In this document: one piece after another, positions 6,825-17,228 of the stretch
How positions within the stretch are numbered: the stretch's first letter is position 1
Layout: every line of letters begins with the position of its first letter
Virus record (IMG/VR): IMGVR_UViG_3300023118_000002
Coordinates: 1 to 60,247 of that record
Strand: one strand, 5' to 3'
Length of the DNA stretch: 60,247 nt
Source of the DNA: a virus
Taxonomy: Duplodnaviria; Caudoviricetes
The notes under the pieces: generated by a model
The model's database searches: none
Told to the model about the DNA's origin: nothing
Seen by the model: the letters and a program-made list of their open reading frames with translations, nothing else
Position numbers and translations under genes: made by a program

Positions 6825-7277
6825 TTACTGATCGTAAGGCTGAATCGGGTTTACAACCTGGATGACACTCTGAGCTGCTTCTACTTTGGCAACACCCTTG
6901 TCATCAACCGTGGCAGAGTTGCTAGGCGATACGATGAGTCCATCGGTACGGATCTGCACGCCGAACTCAGTTGCTGCGGCCTTAATAACACCGATCAGCA
7001 CCAGAATAACCTCGGACCATGTAATCTGATGCGAGATTGCATACGGCAGCACAAGCGCAATAGCTGCACCAGCCAGATCCACGAGGGTCTTTGTAGCTCC
7101 CGGCCACTTACCTGGCAGAAGGGACACGAGACCCACCGACACAACGGTCGACAGGAACAGCGCGCTCAGCTGCAGGAAAGTAACCAGGTCGAACGTCTTG
7201 ACTGCAGAAACCGCGGTGAGGACCACGATAAGCAGACCGAAGATACCTGCGCCATACTTCTTAAGTACAGTGTTCAT
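6825..7277 (-). CDS. multi-TM membrane protein, holin candidate
   Basis: About four TM segments; AAGGAG RBS; follows the last tail gene. Confidence 0.55.
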   Translation of the reverse strand: MNTVLKKYGAGIFGLLIVVLTAVSAVKTFDLVTFLQLSALFLSTVVSVGLVSLLPGKWPGATKTLVDLAGAAIALVLPYAISHQITWSEVILVLIGVIKAAATEFGVQIRTDGLIVSPSNSATVDDKGVAKVEAAQSVIQVVNPIQPYDQ

Positions 7278-7321
7278 TCTTTTCTCCTTTGTTTTGTCAA
7301 AATATCCCCCCGGGCATTTTT

Positions 7322-8134
7322 CTAGCCTGTCTGCTTCCAAACGCCAGCCACCTTAACGAAAGGCTGTGCCATGACCCAGACACCGTTCACCTTAACATAA
7401 GGAACCGCGTATTTCCACAAGCCACCTACCTTAACCCGCATAGGTGCAATCGTCTTGACCGTGACGGGGGCTGAGTTAACTGAGTACTGACCTGCAGAAC
7501 CGTTATGCGCATACACGACGTATGTGTAAACGGTACCTGGGATCAAGCCAGTGTCCTGCCTAGAGACGTTGTTCTGGAATGAGACGTCTGTATATGCGCC
7601 AGTCATAGAAGATCCTAGCCATCTACGCAGCAAATATCCGTCAATACCTGCACCACCATTGTCGCCCGATCCACCCCAAGTAAGGGTCATGGATGTAGGC
7701 ATGACATTGCTAGCTACAGGCGTACCAGGCTGGCTCGGAGGTTTTGGAATACGAGGATAGGGACCAATAGATCCGTAATCCGTGCGGTTCCACACAGACC
7801 AGCTAAGCGTCTGTGCAACGCTATCAGCGCCTCGGTTACCTGCTCCGTCATGTCCGAGGTTTACACCCCAGGGACCGTCATACCATCGTTGAGCTCCAGC
7901 ACCTACACCTGAAGGAAGCGTACCACCGTGACCGTTACCACCAGCGCCACCTACAGTAGCTGTCTGGGCGCCGTTGTTATTATTGAACGATCCCGAAGTC
8001 CCTCGGTTAATAGCACCAACCCAGTAATAAACGGTTGAATAGTTACCACCTTGATCCTGCGAAACTAGATCAGCGTCGGTGTAGAACTCAGTAGACGGGG
8101 ATGATACGTTTACACCTACACGTCTAGTTGCCAT
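7322..8134 (-). CDS. minor tail protein with fibronectin type III domain
   Basis: PSQPGTP..SMTLTW..GGAGIDGY..GLIPGTVYTYVVYAHN FN3 signature; C-terminal VKV.G.W repeats. Confidence 0.8.
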   Translation of the reverse strand: MATRRVGVNVSSPSTEFYTDADLVSQDQGGNYSTVYYWVGAINRGTSGSFNNNNGAQTATVGGAGGNGHGGTLPSGVGAGAQRWYDGPWGVNLGHDGAGNRGADSVAQTLSWSVWNRTDYGSIGPYPRIPKPPSQPGTPVASNVMPTSMTLTWGGSGDNGGAGIDGYLLRRWLGSSMTGAYTDVSFQNNVSRQDTGLIPGTVYTYVVYAHNGSAGQYSVNSAPVTVKTIAPMRVKVGGLWKYAVPYVKVNGVWVMAQPFVKVAGVWKQTG

Positions 8135-8144
8135 ACGAAGCCTC

Positions 8145-8390
8145 CTATGGCAAGGTCATGAGATAGATGTCTTTGTCAGCGCCGTCCGTATTAAGTGGGG
8201 CTGCAGTACCTGAAGTGATACCTGCAGCCGCCTGGAATGCTGCGTGACCGACTGGAATCAGTCCTTTGACCTGAGCAATGTAATCCCGGGTTCGGTTGAT
8301 CTCTTGAGCTCCCAGCTTTACCCTGCCAGGATCTCCGGTATTTGGAACGAGGGCATAGCCCGCCGCAGTTGCGTCGTCTCCAACAGCCAT
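8145..8390 (-). CDS. minor tail protein
   Basis: Position; ITSGTAAP..GADKDIY tail-fibre-type motif. Confidence 0.65.
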   Translation of the reverse strand: MAVGDDATAAGYALVPNTGDPGRVKLGAQEINRTRDYIAQVKGLIPVGHAAFQAAAGITSGTAAPLNTDGADKDIYLMTLP

Positions 8391-8434
8391 TACTTACTCC
8401 TTTCCAAAGTAAACTACTCCTATTTTGACGTTCA

Positions 8435-9871
8435 TCAAGGCTCGTCTGCCCAATGGATTGCGTCCGGCACATCTTGCCATACGGTCTGACCTTGAGCAGC
8501 CCAAACGCCAGGGGTAATCACCAGACGCGAGGATAGAGTCGGATAGGACTTTTCGCCGGCTGCATCTTGGCTAAAGATCTGCTCAGTGACTCGAACGTTG
8601 TTAACGACACTGTCTTGGTTACGCACTTCAAGAATGTCTCCGAGGAAGTAGTCCTTGTCGTACTTATAAGATCCGAACTGCGGGATCTCGCCGTCGAATG
8701 CTGTGATGTTGTTGTACTTTTGTAGTTCTTGCAGTCCCTTAGCCGTTAGAAGCGCAGCCAAAGCCGCATCTTCAGTTGGATTGTAAGCAGTAGAAACGTT
8801 GCGAGCTGCGGTAATGTCAGTAATCTGGGCCGTAGTAAGAGTTGTACCAACTAGCGCTAGAACCGTGTTGATGTTGACTATGTCCTGAGGAAGTAGTCTT
8901 TGCAACTTACTGATCTTAGCGAGCGAATCGTTCTGGAACTGAGTCGTCGTAGTAAGACCCTGAGCCACCTTGATTGATGCCTGCTGAGCAGCAGTAACCG
9001 TGTAAACCGGAACTCCACCAGAACCCGCAGTTGTACGATCCGGGAAAGTGATGTCCGACGTAACATAAAGAACATGTCTTGAGAACCCTGCAGTTGCAGG
9101 ATCGATACTTGGCTCATAGACCTTTTGAGTGCCGTCTGGACTAAAGACGTAGGCCATGTTCTTGTACTGTTTTACAGAAGTCAAATATGACGAGTTCAGC
9201 AGGTTGTCAAGCACGGGGGCAAATACCACGGCGGGTAGTGCAGTCTGTCCTGTAGTGCGGTCATTACCAGAATATACATTGAAGAACAGCTGGGAGTTAT
9301 CCGCATTACGGGTGATTCTAAAGCCGAGGTCATACGTCTGACAAACGGATTTAAGAGCCGAGAGAACGCTTGTAATATCGATGGATACTGTGATAGACGT
9401 TGACGGCTCTGCAATAGTATCTGCAGGATATAGATTACCTGCCGCGTAGAAAGGCAACACATCAGCTGCGTCAAGAAGTCCATCGACCATTACGTTCTTA
9501 AATATCTGACGAGCTATGGCGGCGGGAAGACCGGTGATAACCCACTTGGGCTCCGCAGTCGTCCCGCCTACCATAGTATCTCGAGCTACACGGTCATCCA
9601 GTAGAATTTCAATGGATGACCCTGTCACAATAAGGACTTGAGAGCCGTCACTGTTACTCTTGTCTTCAATAGTCTCAATCGTCATGATTCGATTTGAACG
9701 GTTCATGGCTAGCAGCGTGCCCTGTGTGAGCAAGTTGCGGTTTGCGAGCGTCGAATGGATGTTCAGAGTAAGATCCCCGACATCGTTGTAACGCTCGGCC
9801 CAAACCACCGAGTCAAAGCTGTCAATGACAGCCGTTCGACGAAGAAGGCCGTCTAGGACATAGAGTTCCAA
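8435..9871 (-). CDS. baseplate hub/Tal-like minor tail protein (ReqiPepy6 Gp37-like)
   Basis: Follows Dit; DSFDSVVWAERYNDVG N-terminus and DYFLGDILEV C-terminal motif. Confidence 0.8.
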   Translation of the reverse strand: MELYVLDGLLRRTAVIDSFDSVVWAERYNDVGDLTLNIHSTLANRNLLTQGTLLAMNRSNRIMTIETIEDKSNSDGSQVLIVTGSSIEILLDDRVARDTMVGGTTAEPKWVITGLPAAIARQIFKNVMVDGLLDAADVLPFYAAGNLYPADTIAEPSTSITVSIDITSVLSALKSVCQTYDLGFRITRNADNSQLFFNVYSGNDRTTGQTALPAVVFAPVLDNLLNSSYLTSVKQYKNMAYVFSPDGTQKVYEPSIDPATAGFSRHVLYVTSDITFPDRTTAGSGGVPVYTVTAAQQASIKVAQGLTTTTQFQNDSLAKISKLQRLLPQDIVNINTVLALVGTTLTTAQITDITAARNVSTAYNPTEDAALAALLTAKGLQELQKYNNITAFDGEIPQFGSYKYDKDYFLGDILEVRNQDSVVNNVRVTEQIFSQDAAGEKSYPTLSSRLVITPGVWAAQGQTVWQDVPDAIHWADEP

Positions 9872-10693
9872 TTAAAGCCCTCCGTACTTGTCTGTGTATG
9901 TGATTGTGTATGGAATTGGTGCGCCCGCGATTAGAAGACGTAGCTTGTTAGCCCCGGGGGTAAGTACCAGCCACGGAGATGCAGGAGACACGCCATACAG
10001 AATGGATGTCTCAACACCGCCGCGAGTGAGAGTAGCGTACTTGTTACCCTGCGCTGTACTGATCTTCAGAATATCCCCAGCTAGCAAACTAGACGCAAAG
10101 TCCAATTCATACTGAGTCGCATCTGCACCTCGTTGATACAGTGCGAAACCAGATATAGGCCGGTTCACATTGAGTGTGAAGAGGAATCCAGTCTCGGATG
10201 TACCGATGTAATTTGCGGTTGATTCAGTGGCGTCGGAAACCGAGGTACCACTGATGAGCTCGTTTGTCATGCCGATGAAGTCTGGCAAGAAACAAATAAT
10301 GGAGATTTTAGAATCGGGGTCCGACGTGAAGCGGGGAGAATCGTTAGACTCCACCCGCCCCACAATCGTAACCACAAGACCGTTGTCTTCATAGAAACGG
10401 AGCTCGATGTACTGCTTTGTCATGAACCACTTATAGAGGTTATCGCGCAGAGCCTTAGGTGTGGTCAAGGCCCAATCGGGCGCGAAACCAATATTAAGGA
10501 TCAGATTGCGAGCATCTCTACGAGCGGATTCATACTCCACGCCGTCTCGGTTGGCGAAGCTTGAAGTAACGATTGTGGCTTTGACAGGGTCAAGACCATC
10601 GATACTCTTCAGCGTATAGCCACTCGAAATATCCTGAATGGGGAGAGTTAGAACGGCGCCAGCACTATTTCGGGCTTCCACTTTGGTCAACAA
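9872..10693 (-). CDS. distal tail protein (Dit)
   Basis: Directly after tape measure; DG..Y...RRDARNL and WLVLTPGANKL motifs. Confidence 0.8.
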   Translation of the reverse strand: MLTKVEARNSAGAVLTLPIQDISSGYTLKSIDGLDPVKATIVTSSFANRDGVEYESARRDARNLILNIGFAPDWALTTPKALRDNLYKWFMTKQYIELRFYEDNGLVVTIVGRVESNDSPRFTSDPDSKISIICFLPDFIGMTNELISGTSVSDATESTANYIGTSETGFLFTLNVNRPISGFALYQRGADATQYELDFASSLLAGDILKISTAQGNKYATLTRGGVETSILYGVSPASPWLVLTPGANKLRLLIAGAPIPYTITYTDKYGGL

Positions 10694-13600
10694 CGCCTAG
10701 TTCTCCCTTCAAGGTAGACAGCTGGTTCTGTGTTTGACGATAGACTTCCGACGTAGACAGAGCCTTCGGAGAGTTGTTGTTCTGGATGAATGTAACGGAC
10801 TTCGAATCGGGCGATGGGTTGTTTGCTTCCAACGTGAGTACTGCGTTCCTAGCCTGTTCCTGCAGCGACACAGAGGTCGCAACGTCGTTAGACGTATCAA
10901 GAGACAGGCTTGGCGTAGGCAGCATTCCAGGAATGTTCTTAGCTCCAGCCTGAATAGCCGACAGATCAAGGACCGGTCGAATAGTAGGTGTAGAGTCCAT
11001 GGAATCACTCAGAATATCCCCAGCACCAGCAAGAGAGTTCTTAAGTCCTGCAATTGCAGAATCACCAATACCACCTGCGGCAGCTTCTACCCGGTCGTAC
11101 TTGTTTTCGATACCAAGAGCAGCACCTTCACCAGTCCACTCACCAAGTCCAGTTGTAACCTTTGATGGAGAGTTGATACCTAGAACCTTCTTGATAGCAG
11201 CAGGGATAGCATTAGCAATGCGCTTAGCTGCGTTAACAACTGTGTTGATACCATTGACTAGTCCAGTAGACATACCACCCGTGATAGCATCAGCCAGGTT
11301 TAGACCGGCGGCAACCATCTTGGAGCGGTTATCACGTATACCGTTAGCAAGACCATTCACGAATGAAATGATCAGGTTGATACCAGCATTAATAATATCG
11401 CCAAGTTTGCTAGATACACCATTAATGAAGTTTACAATAATGTTAATACCCTGCTTAGCAATTTCACCGATGTTGCTGGCAATACCCTTCAGAATGCCGG
11501 AAATGATCTGCAGACCAGCCGTAACAAGCGCAGGAAGCAAGATCACCAAGGCATTCACCAACGATATGATGATAGTTGTTGCTACTTCGACAATCTTTGG
11601 TACAACCTGTTGAACTGCATCAAGCATTGCCAGAAGCAAAGCCACAAATGCATTAACCAAGTCAGGTGCTTTTTGACCAATGACTACTACCATAGACACA
11701 ATAGCTTCACCAATGGCAGCACCCAATGCGGGAAGCTGCTGCATGAAAGCTGTAAGCATCTGAGTAAATAGCAAGATCCCAGCGCCACCAATACCGACAA
11801 GCAAGCCGATACCAACTGCTAGTAGCCCAACACCTTCAGCTGCCAGGAATACACCCGTTCCGATCAGGAGGATTGCTGCTCCAAGGAGCAAGAAACCGAC
11901 CGAAGCCGGAATCAGCAATATACCCATAACCGCAAGAATGCCAAGTCCAGCAGACAGCACGGTCATGACCTTTCCGATGCCTTCCCAAGGGATAGCAGCG
12001 AGAATAGCCAAAGCCGGAGCCAGGATTGCAATAGCCAAGGCTACAGCCACGATAGCAGCAGCACCAAGCAAAGCAACAGGACCTGTGAATCCAAGTAGCA
12101 GAATGATTCCCGTAAGCACCACAAGTACCGCAGTTAGAGCCACGATACCGGAGATGATGTTTGGGATGGGTAGTGCACCAAGCAACGCCACAGCACCAAT
12201 GAGCGGTACCAGAGACAGAGCAATAGCACTAATAGCAACGGCTCCAAGCAAAGCCTGTGGTCCTGCGAAGCCAAGAAGCAGAACTGCTCCCGTGATTGCA
12301 GCAAGCATTACAACGAGCCCAGCCATACCAGCGATCAGGTTTACCAAAGGCAAAGCACCAAGCGCGGCTACAGCACCCGTGAGGATAGCTAAAGCCGGAG
12401 CAATGATAGCAATAGCCCCAGCACCAAATAGCACCTTTGGTCCCATATCACCCAGTAGCTGCAAAGTACCGACAAGAGCGGCCAATACAATGACCAAAGC
12501 AAGCATACCTTGAATAAGGTTGTTTACCGGAAGGGCACCGAGAATAGCAATTACTCCTGCAAGTAGAGCCAAAGCCGGCGCCATAATAGCGATAGCTCCA
12601 GCCGCAGCAAGGATGTTTGGTCCTATCTTAGCCATCAAGTTCAAAGCACCAACCAAAGCACCAAGAACCACGACCAAGGCAAGAACACCTTGAATAAGGT
12701 TAGGTAGAGGGATAGCACCAAGAATAGCAATAGCTATAGCCAACACGAGAATTGCGCCTGCGATAACCTGCATAGCAGAAGCAATAGCAAGAGCCGTAAA
12801 GACACCCTTTTGGCCGCCGAGCTTACTGAAAGCCTCGAACATCAGAAGAAGTTCCTTCATCAGACCACCAATAGCCGCCAATGCCAGACCCAGCTTAGCC
12901 GGATCGACAAGACTAAGCGCGACAGCCGAAGCTGCGAGCAACGCTACAGCAATAGCAATCTGAGTAAGAGTCTTTGCGTTGGTGTTCATCTCAAGCGCCT
13001 TGAGATTTGTTCTCAGAGATCCAAATATGAGGTTGAACTTAGTAACAAAGGACAGCTTGTTACCCTGCAGGATACCACCCAGGTTTCCAAAGAAACCGTT
13101 TAGAGCTGCAAGGAAACCTGCAAACAGACCGGTGTTGATGGCTTTGATAGCGTCATCAAACTTAAGACCGCTTAGAGCAGCCTTAACCTTAGTAACCGCA
13201 GTAGAAATACCCTCGCCAATACCTTCAAATATAGGCTGGAGGAAGCCCCATACGGCCTTGGCGACCGTAACAACACCATTCCAGAAACCCTGGAAGAACG
13301 CTGCCAACTCGAAGAGACCCTGGAAACGATCTTTTACCTTATCAACAAAGTTTCCTACATTGTCGCCACCCTCTTTAAGATGGGTAAGCGTCTCAATACC
13401 GTCTCCGATAATACCGAAGAAAGTCTTAAGAATTCCAATAGGAACAGCGATGATAGCTGCAAGCCCCTTGAAGAAAGTCTGGAAGACAGTACCCTTACGG
13501 ATTGCGTCATCCAACTTTACAAGGAAATCTCCAACTCGAGCTGCGATCTCAAGGAAAGCATCTGAGCCTTCAGCGGTATATCCGAACAGCTGAGCAAAAG

Positions 13601-14882
13601 CACTAATTAGAGCACCAACAGCTTGCCCGACAATATCAAATACCGCGAAGACACCCTTAAAAACTCGTGACAGCTGCTCAGCAGTTGCGGTAGTAGGAAT
13701 AAGAGCTTCTGAGAAGTCTCTCAAGAACTGAGCTACCGATTCAAATTGCTTAGCAGTTACCGGCGGGAAAATATCCCCGAAGGCATCTCGAATCAAAACA
13801 CCAATTTGCTTAACCGCATTGAAGACGTTAGCCATCGCATCAGCAACACCTTGAGCAATGATCAGCAATCCGTCAAACTGCAAACCATTAGCTACGTCAA
13901 CGCTACCGGCAGAGAACAGTCCAAACAAGGTACCGAACTGGCTAAGCACTGGCGCAAGAGCATCATGAATGCGGTCGAACATGGGACCAAGAGCGTTGAA
14001 GATATCGCGCATACCCAAGAAATAGGGGGAAGCTACATCTGCACCGATTCGAGCCAATGCCGCGTGCATGTTGGCAAGAGCACCTGTAAAGGTTTCGTTT
14101 GCCTTAGCTGCGTTAGCACCGAATGCTTCGTTCATAGCATCCGAGAACTGCTGGAAGCTAATATCACCAGTCGAGACTAGATCTCGAATCTCCTCTTCAG
14201 ATTTACCAAGGGACTTACCCAGGGTAGCTGCGGCATTGACGCCATAGGAAGACAGCTGCGTCAGCTGCTGACCCATAAGTCGGCCGTTACCAGCAATGGT
14301 TTCGAAGATTTGCGCGATGCTAGAATATCCAGAACCAGTCTGCGCAGCAACACCTGCGACCGAGCGAAGAACCGTCTCAAGTCCATTACCAGCTGTAATA
14401 CCAGAGGCACCAAACTGGGCAGCTGCAGTAGCAGCATCATCAAGACCAAACGCGGTTCCGCGCACAGCACCAAGCGCTGCGTCCATCGTTGCTTGGATAT
14501 CAAGACCAAGACCCTGGAATTGAAACTTAGCCTGCTGAAGCGCTAGAGCTCTTTTTGCACCACCATTGACAAGAGGGTCGATTAGACCTGCAGCGATGTT
14601 TTTGCCCGCGTCAAGCGCTCCTGTAACCAGATAGTTAATAGCTGATAGTCCAACAGCACCAAGGACAGAGAACTTACTCGAGATGTTCTGGAGAGCGGAT
14701 TCCATGTTCTGCAAAGAGAACCGGTTACTCGCCGCCTGAACAGCATCGATACCCGAGGTAGCGCCATCGAGCTTAAGGCTGTCTTTAAGACCTGCAATGC
14801 TCTTCGTGGTCTGATCCACGCCTTGTTCGAACTGAGCATTGTTGAACTGCATGTTTACGACGCGATCATCGATACTACTCAT
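10665..14882 (-). CDS. tape measure protein
   Basis: ~1400 aa Ala/Gly/Leu-rich helical repeats; LGINSPSKV motif; start placed at MSSIDD after GGAAGG. Confidence 0.93.
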   Translation of the reverse strand: MSSIDDRVVNMQFNNAQFEQGVDQTTKSIAGLKDSLKLDGATSGIDAVQAASNRFSLQNMESALQNISSKFSVLGAVGLSAINYLVTGALDAGKNIAAGLIDPLVNGGAKRALALQQAKFQFQGLGLDIQATMDAALGAVRGTAFGLDDAATAAAQFGASGITAGNGLETVLRSVAGVAAQTGSGYSSIAQIFETIAGNGRLMGQQLTQLSSYGVNAAATLGKSLGKSEEEIRDLVSTGDISFQQFSDAMNEAFGANAAKANETFTGALANMHAALARIGADVASPYFLGMRDIFNALGPMFDRIHDALAPVLSQFGTLFGLFSAGSVDVANGLQFDGLLIIAQGVADAMANVFNAVKQIGVLIRDAFGDIFPPVTAKQFESVAQFLRDFSEALIPTTATAEQLSRVFKGVFAVFDIVGQAVGALISAFAQLFGYTAEGSDAFLEIAARVGDFLVKLDDAIRKGTVFQTFFKGLAAIIAVPIGILKTFFGIIGDGIETLTHLKEGGDNVGNFVDKVKDRFQGLFELAAFFQGFWNGVVTVAKAVWGFLQPIFEGIGEGISTAVTKVKAALSGLKFDDAIKAINTGLFAGFLAALNGFFGNLGGILQGNKLSFVTKFNLIFGSLRTNLKALEMNTNAKTLTQIAIAVALLAASAVALSLVDPAKLGLALAAIGGLMKELLLMFEAFSKLGGQKGVFTALAIASAMQVIAGAILVLAIAIAILGAIPLPNLIQGVLALVVVLGALVGALNLMAKIGPNILAAAGAIAIMAPALALLAGVIAILGALPVNNLIQGMLALVIVLAALVGTLQLLGDMGPKVLFGAGAIAIIAPALAILTGAVAALGALPLVNLIAGMAGLVVMLAAITGAVLLLGFAGPQALLGAVAISAIALSLVPLIGAVALLGALPIPNIISGIVALTAVLVVLTGIILLLGFTGPVALLGAAAIVAVALAIAILAPALAILAAIPWEGIGKVMTVLSAGLGILAVMGILLIPASVGFLLLGAAILLIGTGVFLAAEGVGLLAVGIGLLVGIGGAGILLFTQMLTAFMQQLPALGAAIGEAIVSMVVVIGQKAPDLVNAFVALLLAMLDAVQQVVPKIVEVATTIIISLVNALVILLPALVTAGLQIISGILKGIASNIGEIAKQGINIIVNFINGVSSKLGDIINAGINLIISFVNGLANGIRDNRSKMVAAGLNLADAITGGMSTGLVNGINTVVNAAKRIANAIPAAIKKVLGINSPSKVTTGLGEWTGEGAALGIENKYDRVEAAAGGIGDSAIAGLKNSLAGAGDILSDSMDSTPTIRPVLDLSAIQAGAKNIPGMLPTPSLSLDTSNDVATSVSLQEQARNAVLTLEANNPSPDSKSVTFIQNNNSPKALSTSEVYRQTQNQLSTLKGELGVVDQSGSPK

Positions 14883-15271
14883 GCTGATTGCACCGCCTTC
14901 CATACAGCATCTGAGATGTCATCAAACACGCCTTTAGTGGCAGGGTTGATGAAGTCTACACCTTGAACATAACCGCCTGTTCCGGTTCCATGACCGTACT
15001 GAAGCATGATGACGATCGGAGTTCCTTGTCGATCCTTATTACTGTTGAGCCATGAGATGGAGTAACCGCCGCCAGAGTTTTCTACTGTGTAGTACCAGCT
15101 GGCGGCGGTTAGACCTGTTTCGGAAGGTGTTGCGTTGGCAAGAGCATCTACGCCCATTTGACCGTAGAAGTTCAGCACATCGAAGATAGAGCCTGCTTTC
15201 ATTTCCTTAAGGAAACGGTCAAGGTTGTTAGTGTCGCCACTACTCCTAATCGATATGATGCCCACATTCAC
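14879..15271 (-). CDS. HK97 gp10-like neck/tail completion protein
   Basis: TPSETGLTAASW and LQYGHGT...FINPA motifs. Confidence 0.7.
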   Translation of the reverse strand: MNVGIISIRSSGDTNNLDRFLKEMKAGSIFDVLNFYGQMGVDALANATPSETGLTAASWYYTVENSGGGYSISWLNSNKDRQGTPIVIMLQYGHGTGTGGYVQGVDFINPATKGVFDDISDAVWKAVQSA

Positions 15272-15286
15272 CTCCCATTTTGATTA

Positions 15287-15505
15287 TTACTGCTCGGGTT
15301 CAGTCGGAACCAATTCCATGCGAGCTTCGATCGAGTCCGTTGCGATTACCTGACGGTCCATATCGCTCGTGGTCGAAAAGAAGTAAGTCAGACCGATGTG
15401 AGTTCCGTCCACGAGGACACCATGCGAGAGCAGCTCTGCCGCCACCTCAGGTGATCCGTCGTTGTCAATTCGGATGTACTTTGTTTTAAGACGCCAAAGA
15501 TCCAT
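15287..15505 (-). CDS. hypothetical protein, possible fibre chaperone
   Basis: 72 aa ORF coupled to the tail fibre stop. Confidence 0.55.
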   Translation of the reverse strand: MDLWRLKTKYIRIDNDGSPEVAAELLSHGVLVDGTHIGLTYFFSTTSDMDRQVIATDSIEARMELVPTEPEQ

Positions 15506-17214
15506 TAATACCCCTTAATTAAGAATGACGAATAGTCCACGCCATCCAAAGATACCCATGTTGGTGTACCTGAGTTTGGTAGGATGTTTCCGCCGTTTTG
15601 TACGTCCAGCCGCATTCCGACGTCAGTGCCAATAGATGCAAAGATTTCGTTATACCGCGGACGAATTTGAGATGATATACCCAGAGCCATATGGTTACCC
15701 ATAATACCTCCGGTCCAAAGACCAAACAAGAAAACTTGTCGATCGGGAGTTACCGAGTAACCTGGATTACGCCAATTACTACCGTAGCCAACCCAACTGT
15801 TAGCTCCATTAATTCCAATGAATGGTATTTTATTTGGATCAACTAGAGAGACTTGACTGAGAACCACGGTTTGTCCAACAGCCAAGGACTGACTCATGTT
15901 AAACTGTTTGGTTCCAGTCAAAGGAGTAATCGAGTTCGTTCCGAACCTAAAAGCACGTACAGAAACACCCGGACTGACTACAAGATGATGTGAAGCACCT
16001 GGATAGTTAAAAGGCATATCCGTCAAAGTGCCCATTACTGCGTTGGCCGTGTAGGCCGCGGTAGCAACGATCATTCCCTCAAATATCACTACACCATCAG
16101 GGTCAATTGTATATCCTGGTGGGTGTGCAGTTGGGGCGCCGGAATATCGAGCGCCCGTGTAAGCAGCCCATCCCGATCCAAGATATGGAACAAGTGACTT
16201 GAACGTAGCAAGGCCAAGATCCACCGCACTTTTCGCTCTGAACCTGATATTGTTTAGGCTAAACCAGGTAGCTACAGTTCCACCATTGTAACGAATATAA
16301 CCGTCAGTACCTACAAAGATTGTAACAAGCGAGTTCCCGTTAAGGATATTGTACTCTTGTTCGTAGGATGGTCGCATTCCAACAGGAAGCTGAGCGATGA
16401 TTGATCCAGCCAGCGGCGCAGAATTCAAAGTCTGAATAAGACCATGAAGTCGGACTACGCCATATCGACTCATCGTGGTATGTATTTGACCAGCAAATGA
16501 GCTTAGTTTACCGTTAGCTAAATAAGCACCGACTTGATATCTTGGAGCCCCGTATGAATCATTGAGTTCATTGATGTCATTATATAGTGCCCAGCCGTTT
16601 TGCAGATCAATGGGAATCTGCTTAGCATACTTAGCAAATGCTGGATATGCCCGATCAACAAACCAAGTGGCCGAACCATCTTGACCGATGCGACTGACGA
16701 TGACAACTACACCAGGTTCGATCTTATAGTCATGCGGATCGATAAATGCAGTCTTAGTTCCACTATCGCCCTGATTAGCATCCAAGATAACTGGAGCGGT
16801 ATTACCTGAGCCGCTCCAAGTTGGATCGATAATACCCGAAAATGTCTGACGGGCGGCAAACAAACCAAGGGGGGTAACTGCACGGGACGCATCAAGCGCT
16901 GATACAGTTTCAGCTTGAGTTGCAAGCTCGACCAAACCACGACGATCAGTAGTGGCCGTAAGAGCCGCGAGACCCGACGGAGTTACTGCTCGAGTGGTAT
17001 CGCTACCAGCAATAGTTTCAACCGAAGTTGCAAGCTCTACAAGACCTGAAACGTCAACAGTAGCAGCGATGGGATAAACAATACCCGCATCGTACGTACT
17101 ACCATCATGGCGAGTAAGGATCAATCGACCGGAACTGTTAACCGTTCCAGAAACGATGGTGCCGTTCTCAATGGCGAGCATACGCTCTTTAGTGAATACC
17201 TGAACGGTTGCCAC
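15505..17214 (-). CDS. tail fibre / receptor-binding protein
   Basis: Two GLVELAT..E...RAVTP.GL repeats and three C-terminal GW..Y...GVV.L.G domains. Confidence 0.8.
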   Translation of the reverse strand: MATVQVFTKERMLAIENGTIVSGTVNSSGRLILTRHDGSTYDAGIVYPIAATVDVSGLVELATSVETIAGSDTTRAVTPSGLAALTATTDRRGLVELATQAETVSALDASRAVTPLGLFAARQTFSGIIDPTWSGSGNTAPVILDANQGDSGTKTAFIDPHDYKIEPGVVVIVSRIGQDGSATWFVDRAYPAFAKYAKQIPIDLQNGWALYNDINELNDSYGAPRYQVGAYLANGKLSSFAGQIHTTMSRYGVVRLHGLIQTLNSAPLAGSIIAQLPVGMRPSYEQEYNILNGNSLVTIFVGTDGYIRYNGGTVATWFSLNNIRFRAKSAVDLGLATFKSLVPYLGSGWAAYTGARYSGAPTAHPPGYTIDPDGVVIFEGMIVATAAYTANAVMGTLTDMPFNYPGASHHLVVSPGVSVRAFRFGTNSITPLTGTKQFNMSQSLAVGQTVVLSQVSLVDPNKIPFIGINGANSWVGYGSNWRNPGYSVTPDRQVFLFGLWTGGIMGNHMALGISSQIRPRYNEIFASIGTDVGMRLDVQNGGNILPNSGTPTWVSLDGVDYSSFLIKGY

Positions 17215-17228
17215 ATCGTCTCCTTATC

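Noticed and set aside
15505-17214. Diversity-generating retroelement target
   Set aside because: No reverse transcriptase and no template/variable repeat pair seen
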